Shown: positions 9,543 through 19,115 of the stretch, one piece after another | How the letters are laid out: every line of letters begins with the position of its first letter | Position numbering within the stretch: the first letter of the stretch is position 1 | Assembly: GCA_031409275.1 (NCBI GenBank) | Contig: JANNXA010000022.1 | Coordinates: 128,001 to 192,000 of the forward strand | Length of the DNA: 64,000 bases | Direction of reading: 5' to 3' | Source of the DNA: Planctomycetota bacterium | GTDB taxonomy: Bacteria; Planctomycetota; B15-G4; SIAN01 | Notes under the pieces: generated by a model | The model's database searches: none | Told to the model about the DNA's origin: nothing | Seen by the model: the letters and a program-made list of their open reading frames with translations, nothing else | Translations under genes and position numbers: made by a program

Positions 9543-10383
9543 GGCGGTCGTCGCGCACGAAGGCGACGAGAGTCTGTCCACCCGCCTGCGCCAGTTCGAC
9601 CGCGAGCGAACTCGGCGCCGAGACTGCGGCGACGATCGGGATGCCGGCGACGCGCGCCTTCTGGACGATCTCGTAGCCGGCGCGACCGCTGACGAAGAGA
9701 AGGGCGTTCGACAGCGGCAACAGGTGGGCGCGCATCGCAGCACCGATCACCTTGTCGACGGCGTTGTGACGGCCAACGTCCTCGCGCAGCGCCACGATCT
9801 TCAGCCCACCTCCGTGCGGCACGCACAACGCCGCCGCATGGAGTCCGCCGGTGCGCGCAAACGCCGGTTGGCGTGCACGTAGCGCGTTCGGCAGCGCCAG
9901 CACCCAATCGGGATCGAGGCGTGGGCCTGGCGCGACTGGCGCCGCGCGAGTCGCCAGATCGTCGATGGTCTGGCGCCCGCAGATGCCGCACGCGCTGCTC
10001 GCCATGAGCCGGCGGCGGGCGCGTGCGAGCGTCGCGCGTGGCGCGCCGCGACGCGTGACGAGCACGACGTTGCCCGCGGCGGCGGCGGGGCTTCCGGATC
10101 GGCAGTGGCCGATCGCCGCGATCTCGGTGGAACTACGAACGAGACCTTCGGCGAGGAGCAGGCCACGCACCAGGTCGAGATCGTCCCCAGGAGTGCGCAT
10201 CAGAACGGCGAGCGGGTGGCCATCGACGCGCAGTTCGAGCGGCTCCTCCACCACGATCTCGTCGTGGTCGGCGGCGAGAGGTCGGGAGCGTCGATGGCGC
10301 CAGACGTTGACGGGGCGGACCAGCGGCCCGAGGTGGGTGGCGAGCGGTTCGGTCGGGGTCACGGGACGGCGCGGCGACGGCAT
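9367..10383 (-). CDS. fdhD: Formate dehydrogenase accessory sulfurtransferase FdhD
   Basis: EEPLELRV, MRTPGDD, SSACGICG, TGGLHAAAL, EDVGRHNAVDKVIG, SGRAGYEIVQKA, SAPSSLAV. Confidence 0.95.
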   Translation of the reverse strand: MPSPRRPVTPTEPLATHLGPLVRPVNVWRHRRSRPLAADHDEIVVEEPLELRVDGHPLAVLMRTPGDDLDLVRGLLLAEGLVRSSTEIAAIGHCRSGSPAAAAGNVVLVTRRGAPRATLARARRRLMASSACGICGRQTIDDLATRAAPVAPGPRLDPDWVLALPNALRARQPAFARTGGLHAAALCVPHGGGLKIVALREDVGRHNAVDKVIGAAMRAHLLPLSNALLFVSGRAGYEIVQKARVAGIPIVAAVSAPSSLAVELAQAGGQTLVAFVRDDRLNVYCGPERLASPPSARAARSSAPPATPHRAPRARAPRPPRPASRSRNVPRDRDAKGR

Positions 10384-10449
10384 GCGGGGATCGTAGCGGG
10401 CTGCTCTGCGCGCTCGTGCGCGGACGTCGCGGGCCTGGACGGCCCTGGA

Positions 10450-10620
10450 TCAGTGGCGCAAGGCCACCCAACTGCCGATGGCGAGGGCGACGCCCACCAC
10501 CAGGGCGAACGAGAGCCAGCCAAGTCCGCTGGTGTTGCCGACCGGGTGCTGGATCCCCCCCCACATGCGGTAGCCGCGGTGCGATTGGTAGCTGCTCGAG
10601 GAATCGTCGTCGCGGATCAT
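10450..10620 (-). CDS. Small single-TM hypothetical protein (56 aa)
   Basis: GGAAAGGA RBS 5 nt before ATG 10620. Has a C-terminal hydrophobic helix (WLSFALVVGVALAIGSWVAL) and fills an otherwise empty gap upstream of fdhD. Confidence 0.55.
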   Translation of the reverse strand: MIRDDDSSSSYQSHRGYRMWGGIQHPVGNTSGLGWLSFALVVGVALAIGSWVALRH

Positions 10621-10787
10621 CGGAGTCCTTTCCGCGGGCGAGCTTGCGCTCCTCCGCTGGAAGCTGCATCGGTTGTTGCCGACCCGTGTTGCGCTTCGCG
10701 GAAGCAATTTCTGCTGCGGCTGAACTCGCGACCGGGTCGAGTTATCGTGCGCGTCCCAATTCCGCACGGACCCGAGGGTGGAAGCCG

Positions 10788-11702
10788 ATGAGCGAACGCG
10801 TTCAACAGATCCTGAGCTGGTACGAGTCGGACAGCCCGGGGACCAAGGCCAACCTCTATCGCCTGCTGATGAGCGGGCGCCTGGCCGGCACCGGCAAGTT
10901 GGTGATCCTCCCGGTCGACCAGGGCTTCGAGCACGGTCCGGCGCGCAGCTTCGCCAAGAATCCGGCCGGCTACGACCCGAACTACCACTTCGAACTCGCG
11001 ATCCAGGCGGGCTGCAATGCGTACGCCGCGCCGCTCGGATTCCTCGAAGCGGGCGCTGGGAAGTACGCCGGCCGCATCCCGCTCATCCTGAAGCTGAACA
11101 ACAGCGATTCGCTCTACAAGGACAAGGATCCTTGCTCGGCGGTGAGCAGCTCGGTGAAGGAAGCGCTGCGGCTCGGGTGCGCGGCGATCGGCTTCACCAT
11201 CTATCCCGGCAGCTCGCTGCGCAACGAGATGTACCAGCAACTGCGTGAGCTCACCGAGGAAGCGAAGCGCAACGGGTTGGCGGTCGTCGTCTGGAGCTAC
11301 CCGCGCGGCACCGGCCTGTCGAAGGCCGGCGAGACCGGGATCGACGTGGTCGCCTACGCGGCGCACATCGCGGCGCAACTCGGCGCGCACATCATCAAGG
11401 TGAAGCCGCCGACGGAGCACCTCGAACAGGACGAGGCGAAGAAGGTCTACCTCGAGCAGAAGATCGCGATCGGGACGCTGGCGGATCGCGTGCGCCACGT
11501 CGTCCAGGCCTCCTTCGGCGGCCGTCGAATCGTGATCTTCTCCGGCGGCGAAGCGAAGGGCACCGACGCGGTGCTCGAAGAGATTCGCGGCATCCATGCG
11601 GGCGGCGGTTTCGGTTCGATCGTCGGCCGCAACAGCTTCCAGCGCCCGCTTCCGGAAGCGATCAAGCTGCTGCAGTCGATCCAGGACATCTATCGCGGTT
11701 GA
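10788..11702 (+). CDS. fbaB: Class I fructose-bisphosphate aldolase (DhnA/FbaB type)
   Basis: GTGKLVILPVDQGFEHGPARSF, GCNAYAAPLG, WSYPRG, AQLGAHIIKVK (Schiff-base Lys), GSIVGRNSFQR. Confidence 0.95.
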   Translation: MSERVQQILSWYESDSPGTKANLYRLLMSGRLAGTGKLVILPVDQGFEHGPARSFAKNPAGYDPNYHFELAIQAGCNAYAAPLGFLEAGAGKYAGRIPLILKLNNSDSLYKDKDPCSAVSSSVKEALRLGCAAIGFTIYPGSSLRNEMYQQLRELTEEAKRNGLAVVVWSYPRGTGLSKAGETGIDVVAYAAHIAAQLGAHIIKVKPPTEHLEQDEAKKVYLEQKIAIGTLADRVRHVVQASFGGRRIVIFSGGEAKGTDAVLEEIRGIHAGGGFGSIVGRNSFQRPLPEAIKLLQSIQDIYRG

Positions 11703-11758
11703 CCGCCGCTGCGCCGCTGCGCGCATCGGGCCCGCGCCGCTTCGAGGAGGTGGCCTGC

Positions 11759-13474
11759 ATGCGCGACGTCGCCGTTCCCGCGTTCGTAGCGATCGTCCTG
11801 CTCGCGGCAGGTCGCGCCTCGGCGTCGCATCAGGAGGCCGGCGCGCTCGACCTGCGCGCGTCGTACGACGTGCGCGACGTGCGGCTCGACCTCTTCGTCG
11901 ATCCGGCGGCGAAGGTCGTGCGCGGCTGCGGGGTCACGACCGCGACCGTCACGGCAGAGACGTTGTCGACGATCGTGCTCGACCTTGATCGCCGGTTGCT
12001 GGCCCAGGCGGTGCATCGGGTCGATGGCGATCCGTTCCGCAAGCTGCTGCCGGCGGGCGACCCCCTGCTCTTCGATCATGACGGCGACCAGCTGCGCATC
12101 ACCTTGCCGACCCCGCTTGCGCGCGGCGACCGGTTCGGAGTCGCCGTGTGGTACTCGGGCCGACCGGTGCGCCAGGACGACTTCAACGGCTTCCAATGGG
12201 CGACGACCCCCGACGGTCAGCCGTGGATCGCGACCTCGTGCCAGACGATCGGCGAGCACACCTGGTGGCCGTGCAAGGCGGCCTACTACCATCCGGAGGA
12301 CAAGCCGGAGCGGGTGGCCGTCAACGTGACGGTACCGACCCCGCTCGTCGCCGCGAGCAACGGCCGTCTGATCGACGTCGAGCGCGGCGCCGGGGTCACG
12401 ACGTGGCGCTGGCAGCTCGACGACTCGATCCCGAGCTACGCCATCGCCGTCGCGATCGGGCCCTACGAAGTGATCGAGTCGGAGGTCGCGCTGCCCGGTC
12501 TCGCGGCGCCGCTGGCGCTGCGCTACTTCGTCCTGCCGCAGAGCGTCGCGAAGGCGAAGAAGCAGTTCGCGCAGGTTCCCGAGTTGCTGCGGTTCTTCAG
12601 CGAGAAGTTCGGTCCCTTCCCATTCCCCGAAGCGAAGTTCGCGTTGGCCGAGACGCCGATCTGGGGCATGGAGCACGCGACCGTGATCGCGTACGGAAAC
12701 AGCTTCCCCGACGCGATCCGCGGCACCGGCGAAGTGGATCCCTACGAGCTGCGCAACAAGCTCTTCGACTACGTGCTCGTCCACGAGGCCGCGCACGAGT
12801 GGTGGGGCAACTCGGTCACGGCCGGCAGTTGGGGCGACTTCTGGCTGCACGAGGGATTCGCCACCTATGCCGAGGCGCTGTGGGTCGAGCACGTCCACGG
12901 CCTCGACGTGGCGCTCGATTTCATGCAGTCCAAGAAGGCGGGCGTCGCGGAGCTGGCCACCGTCTATCGCCCGCGCCGCACCACCGCGGCGAGCGCCTAT
13001 GACACGCAGATGTACGACAAGGGCGCCTGGCTCCTCCACATGCTGCGCTACGTGATGGGCGATGAGCCGTTCTTTGGCGCGCTGCGCGACTTCGGGACCG
13101 ATCCGCGCTGGAAGCACTCGACCTGCAGCAGCGCCGATTTCCAGGCCGCGTGCGAAGTGCGTCACGGTTCCTCGTTGCGCAGCTTCTTCCAGCCATGGCT
13201 CTATGGGACGCGCTGGCCGAGCTTCACGGTCCGCAAGCCCAAGCTCGAGGGGCACAAGGCGACGTTGTCGGTCGAGTGCAAGAGCAGCGGACAGTTCCGC
13301 TACGAGCTGCCGCTCGACGTCGAGGCGACCTGCGAGGATGGGTCGCGCTTGCGCCAGCGCTTCACCGTCGTCACCGGCAGCAACAGCTTCGAGATGACCG
13401 CAGCCGCGCCGATCGTCTCGGTGCGCTATCCCGGTTTCCGCTGGCTCTTGTGCGACGTGCGCGAGGTGCCTTGA
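11759..13474 (+). CDS. M1 family zinc aminopeptidase, secreted
   Basis: GAGGAGG RBS and signal peptide; WGMEH; HEAAHEWWGN...WLHEGFATYAE (HExxH-x18-E); YDKGAWLLHMLR. Confidence 0.93.
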   Translation: MRDVAVPAFVAIVLLAAGRASASHQEAGALDLRASYDVRDVRLDLFVDPAAKVVRGCGVTTATVTAETLSTIVLDLDRRLLAQAVHRVDGDPFRKLLPAGDPLLFDHDGDQLRITLPTPLARGDRFGVAVWYSGRPVRQDDFNGFQWATTPDGQPWIATSCQTIGEHTWWPCKAAYYHPEDKPERVAVNVTVPTPLVAASNGRLIDVERGAGVTTWRWQLDDSIPSYAIAVAIGPYEVIESEVALPGLAAPLALRYFVLPQSVAKAKKQFAQVPELLRFFSEKFGPFPFPEAKFALAETPIWGMEHATVIAYGNSFPDAIRGTGEVDPYELRNKLFDYVLVHEAAHEWWGNSVTAGSWGDFWLHEGFATYAEALWVEHVHGLDVALDFMQSKKAGVAELATVYRPRRTTAASAYDTQMYDKGAWLLHMLRYVMGDEPFFGALRDFGTDPRWKHSTCSSADFQAACEVRHGSSLRSFFQPWLYGTRWPSFTVRKPKLEGHKATLSVECKSSGQFRYELPLDVEATCEDGSRLRQRFTVVTGSNSFEMTAAAPIVSVRYPGFRWLLCDVREVP

Positions 13475-13477
13475 CGC

Positions 13478-13696
13478 GTGGACCTCACTGCCGGTTCGCT
13501 GCTCGCTTCGCTGTTCGCAAGTTCGATCGGCTTCAGCCTCTATCTCTACGGCAAGAAGCAGGCGCGGTCGCCTCAGCTCATCGTCGGCATCGTGCTGATG
13601 GTCTTCCCGTATTTCATCGACGGCACGCTCGAGATCGCCGCAATCGCCGCGGCGCTCGTCGGCGCGATGTGGCTGGCGATCTGCTACGGCTGGTAG
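13478..13696 (+). CDS. Small conserved-looking membrane protein (72 aa)
   Basis: Starts 3 nt after the M1 peptidase stop. Two to three hydrophobic segments with YGKKQ and LMVFPYF motifs. Confidence 0.7.
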   Translation: MDLTAGSLLASLFASSIGFSLYLYGKKQARSPQLIVGIVLMVFPYFIDGTLEIAAIAAALVGAMWLAICYGW

Positions 13697-13730
13697 CGGC
13701 GGACGGAGCGACGCACCGCGAGGATCGCGC

Positions 13731-15515
13731 TCAACGGATCTCGAAGTCGGGGCAGCTCGTGCCACCGCGCCGGCTGGCGCCGGTCAGGACCGTTCCGGTC
13801 GGCCCGTCCGGGCGCGCGCTGTAGAGCTCGAACCGTCCGAGCTCCCGTTCATCGGCCGCGTAGAGCAGCAGCTCGGCGTCATGCCAGCACAGCCGGCAGA
13901 CATCGCCGCCGCTTGGTGCGAGGCTTCCCGAGACGCGCTGCAGCAGGGAGCCGTCGCACAGCGCGGCGAACGCCTCGAAGACGCCGTCGACGTTCTGGTC
14001 GGCCACCCACGCGAGACGCAGGCTGTCGGGCGACCATTGGATCGCGGGATCGATCGCCGTGTAGGCCGGATTCTCCGCATCGGACGCGAACAGCACATCC
14101 GCATGCAGGTCGTTGCGGCTGATCAGGAACAGGTTCGATCCGTCGGCGCGCGCGCAGAGCAGGTCGTAGGTCTGCAACGAGATCTCATTGGCGATGTAGG
14201 CCAGCCGGGACGAGTCGGGCGCCCAGCGAAACCTCTCGACGTTCTGCCCGAGCAGCGGCAGCTCGGTGTTGACGCGCTCGTTCGACCGCGATCTTGCGAG
14301 GGGATCGGCGACGTAGAGCTCGACGATGCCGCGTCGATCGAGGTCGCCGCGGAACGCGACCCGTGAGGAGTCGGGAGCCCACTCGAAGGCATCGGGCTCG
14401 AGGTAGATCACGCCGCCGTCGCGATCGAGCGGCCGCTTCGAGATCGGGGTCGCGTCGACGTCAGGATCGGTCGAGCGCGGATCGATGCTCCACAACTCCA
14501 CCAGGTCGGCCTTGATCCCGTCCGTCGCGTAGACGAGGCGACTGCCGTCGGGGGCCCATGCAAACCGAAGGTCGTCGGGATCGAGGTTGGCCGGGTCGAA
14601 GCGCGCCGAAAGACGGCGGTCGTCGCTGCCATCCGCGGCGACGATGCGCAGCTCCGAACCGGCCGCGGCGCCGCTCGCTTGCGCCACGAGGAACGCGAGA
14701 TGCCCCGCGAGGTCGCCCGCCGGCGCCCATCCGAACGGCAAGTAAGGGCGCTCGAATTCGCGGTCCATCGGCAGTCCGGGCGCCGAGGCGAGCGCGGGAG
14801 CGATGCGAAGCGCGTTGCTTCCGTCGGGAGCGACCACGTAGAGATGGAAGTGGCCCGTGGCAGGGTCCCGGGTCGCGCAAGCGAGATGGCTCGAGTCGGG
14901 GTTCCACTCGAATGCGGCCCGCGTCGCGGCGAAGTCTCGGCTGAGCGGGAACGCGACCGGTCCGGCCGCGTCGGGCGAGACCTGGACGAGGTCGGTGCCG
15001 TTCTCGCGGACGGTGAAGAGCTGGGGCACTCCGGTCGTCACCGCATCGGCGACGTAGGCGATTCGCGACGAGTCGGGCGCCCAGACGAAGTCGCGGACTC
15101 GCTGTCCATCGGCGAGGTCTGGATGCACCTTGAAGGCGGGCGTCGTCGTCCGCAGGTCGACCACCCACAACTCGTCGATGTTGGTGAAGACGCGCGCAGC
15201 GACGAACGCGAGCCGGTTGCGATCGGGGGAGATGCCGATGCGCTTGACGGTCCCGCCGCCGAGTTGCGTCGCCGACAGAGAGATCTGGCTCGATCCGTCG
15301 AGGACGACCGCGAACGCTTCCTTCGTCTGGTTGAAGCGCAGGTCGCTGGCGACGACGACATCGACGGCGAGCTTCACGGTCGGCGAGGAGCCGCCGCCTT
15401 GTCCCGGTTTCGACGCCGCGGTGATCGCGCCGGCGCCGCAGGCCGTGAGCATTCCGGCGGCCGCCGCGGCGAGCGCCGCGCGGCTTCTGGTCGAGGCGTT
15501 CATCAAGGTGTCCAT
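13731..15515 (-). CDS. TolB/PD40-like beta-propeller lipoprotein
   Basis: Lipobox MLTAC and about eight repeats of W(A/S/N)PD(S/G)SRxA...LYxxxxDG. The start could instead be ATG 15503. Confidence 0.8.
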   Translation of the reverse strand: MDTLMNASTRSRAALAAAAAGMLTACGAGAITAASKPGQGGGSSPTVKLAVDVVVASDLRFNQTKEAFAVVLDGSSQISLSATQLGGGTVKRIGISPDRNRLAFVAARVFTNIDELWVVDLRTTTPAFKVHPDLADGQRVRDFVWAPDSSRIAYVADAVTTGVPQLFTVRENGTDLVQVSPDAAGPVAFPLSRDFAATRAAFEWNPDSSHLACATRDPATGHFHLYVVAPDGSNALRIAPALASAPGLPMDREFERPYLPFGWAPAGDLAGHLAFLVAQASGAAAGSELRIVAADGSDDRRLSARFDPANLDPDDLRFAWAPDGSRLVYATDGIKADLVELWSIDPRSTDPDVDATPISKRPLDRDGGVIYLEPDAFEWAPDSSRVAFRGDLDRRGIVELYVADPLARSRSNERVNTELPLLGQNVERFRWAPDSSRLAYIANEISLQTYDLLCARADGSNLFLISRNDLHADVLFASDAENPAYTAIDPAIQWSPDSLRLAWVADQNVDGVFEAFAALCDGSLLQRVSGSLAPSGGDVCRLCWHDAELLLYAADERELGRFELYSARPDGPTGTVLTGASRRGGTSCPDFEIR

Positions 15516-15571
15516 CGAGCCAATCCAATGAGGGCGCATCTTCGCGCCCGACTGCGGTGCGAAACGAAGCG

Positions 15572-16348
15572 TCAGTCGCCGCCCGCTCCGGTGGGCGACT
15601 CCCACGCGCGGATCCGGGTTGCGACGCCATGCGCGGCGGTGGAGATGACCGCGTCGAGGATCAGTTCAGCGACCGCGTCAGGGTCGTCCTGGTCCATCGC
15701 GGAGACGAAGTGTGGCGGGATCAGGAGGCTCATCACGTACGGCAGCGGCGCTCCGCCGTTTCGATCGATGAAGTCGGACGTGATCGGCTCGTTGCCGACC
15801 TGGAACTTCCCGACGTTCCGATCGCTCCGCGCGACGCCTTCGAACAGCGCGATCTCGATCTCGATCGGCGACGCCTGGTCGTAGTCATCGATGAAGAGCG
15901 AGGGGATCCCGACCAGCAACCACCCCACCGTGCCGGCGATCGCGCCACCCACCTTGCCGCTGCGCTCGGCCTCGCGCCGGATCACCTTCGCCACGATCGC
16001 GAGCTGCGGCGGAGGCTCCTGGTCCCAGGCGTAGTCGAGGTCGTTCGCGAAGGGCCGCGGCAGGAGCGCGACCGCCCCACGTCCGCATTCCTTCTCGATG
16101 GCCGCGTGAAGGCGAAGCGACAAGCGATCGTCGAGACACGGGGCGAGGATGGCCGCCGTCACGGCATCCTTCGTGGTCGGCGCAACCTCGCGCAGCTCCG
16201 ACGCATCGACCCGGAACAGCGCGACGCGCGATCGGATCGCGGCCGGGTGGTCGGACTGCACCGCTTCGGCGCTCGACGACGATTGGCATGCCGCGAGAGT
16301 CGCGAGCAGCGCTACGAGAGCGAGCGGGCGCAACGAGAGGTTCGCCAT
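15572..16348 (-). CDS. Hypothetical lipoprotein
   Basis: GAGGAG RBS; signal peptide with lipobox LAAC; starts 1 nt after the kinase gene stop. Confidence 0.75.
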   Translation of the reverse strand: MANLSLRPLALVALLATLAACQSSSSAEAVQSDHPAAIRSRVALFRVDASELREVAPTTKDAVTAAILAPCLDDRLSLRLHAAIEKECGRGAVALLPRPFANDLDYAWDQEPPPQLAIVAKVIRREAERSGKVGGAIAGTVGWLLVGIPSLFIDDYDQASPIEIEIALFEGVARSDRNVGKFQVGNEPITSDFIDRNGGAPLPYVMSLLIPPHFVSAMDQDDPDAVAELILDAVISTAAHGVATRIRAWESPTGAGGD

Positions 16349-16349
16349 G

Positions 16350-19040
16350 TCAGCGGCTCCTCGCGAGCCGGTAGATCGGACGGAAGCCACGCGACGCCCC
16401 CGGACCATCTTGGAAGAACTCCTGGTTCGCGATCTGGCAACGCGGCGCAGCGCAGTGGCTGCTGCCGCCGCAGAAGGGCCGGATCACCGTCGTCGCGTCG
16501 CTCGACCCCAAGAGTCGGCTCCACTCCTCGTCCTCGCGCAGGCACGCCTCCCAGACGTTGCCTTGGACGTCGAAGAGCCCCAGAGCGTTCGCGGCGCGCG
16601 TCCTCGCCGGCCGCACCTCGCCCTCGGAGTTGTCCTTGAACCATGCCGTTTCCGCGAGCGCGGCGGGCGTTGAAGCAGGGTCCTGCGGAGCGCCACCGAG
16701 CGCGAGGTAGCGCCACTCGGCGCTGTAGGGCAGCTCGAGCCCCATGTCGGCGCAGAAGCGGACGATGTCGCGTCCGCTGACCTGGACCACCGGCAGCGAA
16801 CCGTCTCGCGGCGCCGAATCCTCGAGCGGGCGCCAACGCTGCCAGGCGTCGTTCGTGCATTCGGTCTCCGCGACCAGCAGGACGAAGGGCGAGCTGGTTT
16901 CGGGCGCTGTCGTCGCGAAGCGCGGGATCGTGTTCACCACCGCGAGCGGCAGCTCGACTTCGACGAAGCGCAGGCCGCTCTTCCGGTGGATCCAGACGCG
17001 GCGATCGCTCGCCGTTCGCCCGGCCGGATCGAACGACGCTGCCAGCTCGGCAAGACGGCTCGCGCTCTCGTTCGCTGCCACGATCTCCGCCGTCGGCGTG
17101 GTGGCGGCGGGAGTGGCCACGTCGGGCGCGGCGCACTCGGGCGCCTTCGAATCGACGTCGACTTCGGGTGTCGTGGTCGCCGCCACGATGGGCTCGGTGA
17201 CGGGTTCGGATGGCTCGGGAATCGGTGCGGGGTTCCTCGCTCCCGCATCCGCCACGAGCGGCGCCGCCGCCGCGACGGGCGCCTTCACCTCACGCGCGCC
17301 GAGAAGAGTTCCGTCGAGTCTCCGGAAGGTGACCGTCGCTCGGTCGACGCCGGATGGCAGATCGAGCTCCGCGACGAAGCGTCCGTTCGGCAGCACGGTG
17401 CACTGCGGAGGCACTCCGGTCGAAGAGTCGATCTGCAGGAGGTCGAGTCGTTGCGGCGAGAGCGTCGCTCGAATCGAAGCGCGACGATTCGTCGCTTCCA
17501 GCGGGCCGTTGTCCTCGAAGCTCAGTTCGACGGCGGCAGCCTCGGCAACGAAGTGGGTGATCCGGGCCGCGGTGGCATTCCAATCGTCCATCGCCGGCGA
17601 GGCGAAGACGTCCGTCTTGAACTCGCCGAGCGTCGCTTCCCACGCCGATCGCGAGGCGAGGAACTGGCGCGCACGGGCGTAACCGCTGGCGCCGGAGAGC
17701 GGCCAAGGCACGAGCGGCGCGTTGCGGATCAGTGGCTGGATCGCCGCGCGTCGTTGCGCTTCATTCCTTCGCGGGGCCTCGACCACGGGCGGCAGCTCGA
17801 TGCGCCCCTCCAGCGACTTGGCCAGCGCCGGCGGTGGCGCGATCGGCGAGGCTTCGTCCGTGTGGCGCGGGCGATGAGTCGCACTCCAGGCGTTGAGCGC
17901 CACGATCGCGCCGATCACTCCGATCAGGAGCATCCAACTCTTGACGCGTGTCGTCGTCGGTGCCGGCAGCACGGCGCCCGGGCCGCTCAACGCTGCTGCG
18001 ACCAGGGCGCGCTCCTCGACTCGCGCCGCGGCCACGTCGGGTGGCTGCGATGCCGACGCGACGGCCGCCGTTTCGGGGACGACCGATTCGGGGGCGAGCA
18101 TCGGCGTGTCGCGACGCTCGGCCGCTTCGGCCGGGATCGCGGTCGCTTCAAGAAGCGGCGGCTCGGCGGGCAGCTCCGCCGCGGGCAGCGTCGTCGAGGC
18201 GACCGGCGGCGGCTCGAGCGCAGGAGTCGGAAGGATCGCCTTCTGCATGGCGCCGTGCGGCTCGGCGACGCATGCGTTGCGGATCGCGTTCGCGAAGGCG
18301 CGGCAACTCGGATCGCGTCGCGCGAGATCAGGGTCGAACGCGCGCATGACGGCGGTCGCGACGGCTTCGGAAAGGTCAGGGCGCCATTCGCGGATCGGCC
18401 GCGCGGTCGACGCGCTCGCCCTCGGCGAATGGGGCAATTGGCCAGTGAGCGCCTGGTAGACGACGACGGCCAGTGCATGCCGATCGTCGACCAGGTTGGG
18501 TTCCGGCCAGGCGTCGATCGCAGTCGCCATGCCCACATCGGACAGGAAGGCGTTGCCTCCGGTGTCGAAGAGGATGTTGGCTGGATTCACGGCGCCATGG
18601 TGGACGCCGCGCGCATGGCAGAAGTCGAGTGCCGCCGCGATCTCCGTCAACCAGCCGACGACGCTCATCGGCGCGGGGAGGCGGCGACGATCGTCGCCCG
18701 GCATCCGATCGGCGAGCGAGCCGCCGCTCAGGAAGGGCATCACGAAGAAGGGCGAATCGCGGTGCTGGCCGACGTCGAGGATGCGGACGATGGCGCGGTG
18801 CTCGAGACGATTGACGTTTCGCACCTCGCGTTCGAATCGCTCGCGCGGTTCGGGATCGTCGACGAGTTCGCGATGCGGGAACTTCAGCGCGACGAGCGTA
18901 CCGAGGCGGCGGTCCTCTGCCCGATAGACCGTCGACCGGTTGCCGCGCCCGAGCTCGCCGGTCACGACGTAACGGTCGTTGATCCACTCTCCGACGACTG
19001 CCGATGGAGGAACGCTAGGCACAATCCACCTCTTGCACAC
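16350..19040 (-). CDS. Ser/Thr kinase-like (probable pseudokinase) - TM - FGE-sulfatase (SUMF1) domain protein
   Basis: N-terminal LGRG...VALK...RFERE...LEHRAIV...GGSLAD; Pro/Ala linker; one TM helix; C-terminal LPYSAEWRY and NALGLFDVQGNVWE...GFR. Start codon uncertain. Confidence 0.85.
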   Translation of the reverse strand: MCKRWIVPSVPPSAVVGEWINDRYVVTGELGRGNRSTVYRAEDRRLGTLVALKFPHRELVDDPEPRERFEREVRNVNRLEHRAIVRILDVGQHRDSPFFVMPFLSGGSLADRMPGDDRRRLPAPMSVVGWLTEIAAALDFCHARGVHHGAVNPANILFDTGGNAFLSDVGMATAIDAWPEPNLVDDRHALAVVVYQALTGQLPHSPRASASTARPIREWRPDLSEAVATAVMRAFDPDLARRDPSCRAFANAIRNACVAEPHGAMQKAILPTPALEPPPVASTTLPAAELPAEPPLLEATAIPAEAAERRDTPMLAPESVVPETAAVASASQPPDVAAARVEERALVAAALSGPGAVLPAPTTTRVKSWMLLIGVIGAIVALNAWSATHRPRHTDEASPIAPPPALAKSLEGRIELPPVVEAPRRNEAQRRAAIQPLIRNAPLVPWPLSGASGYARARQFLASRSAWEATLGEFKTDVFASPAMDDWNATAARITHFVAEAAAVELSFEDNGPLEATNRRASIRATLSPQRLDLLQIDSSTGVPPQCTVLPNGRFVAELDLPSGVDRATVTFRRLDGTLLGAREVKAPVAAAAPLVADAGARNPAPIPEPSEPVTEPIVAATTTPEVDVDSKAPECAAPDVATPAATTPTAEIVAANESASRLAELAASFDPAGRTASDRRVWIHRKSGLRFVEVELPLAVVNTIPRFATTAPETSSPFVLLVAETECTNDAWQRWRPLEDSAPRDGSLPVVQVSGRDIVRFCADMGLELPYSAEWRYLALGGAPQDPASTPAALAETAWFKDNSEGEVRPARTRAANALGLFDVQGNVWEACLREDEEWSRLLGSSDATTVIRPFCGGSSHCAAPRCQIANQEFFQDGPGASRGFRPIYRLARSR

Positions 19041-19115
19041 GCCGCGCGGGGCGCCAGATCGGCCAGACGCAGTTGAGCGACTGCGTGGGCTCTCGAGACA
19101 CGCCTACTACGCGGC

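Noticed and set aside
19067..19086. Small hairpin ACGCAGTT-GAGC-GACTGCGT as a terminator
   Set aside because: Short stem with no U-tract on either strand, so it could easily arise by chance.
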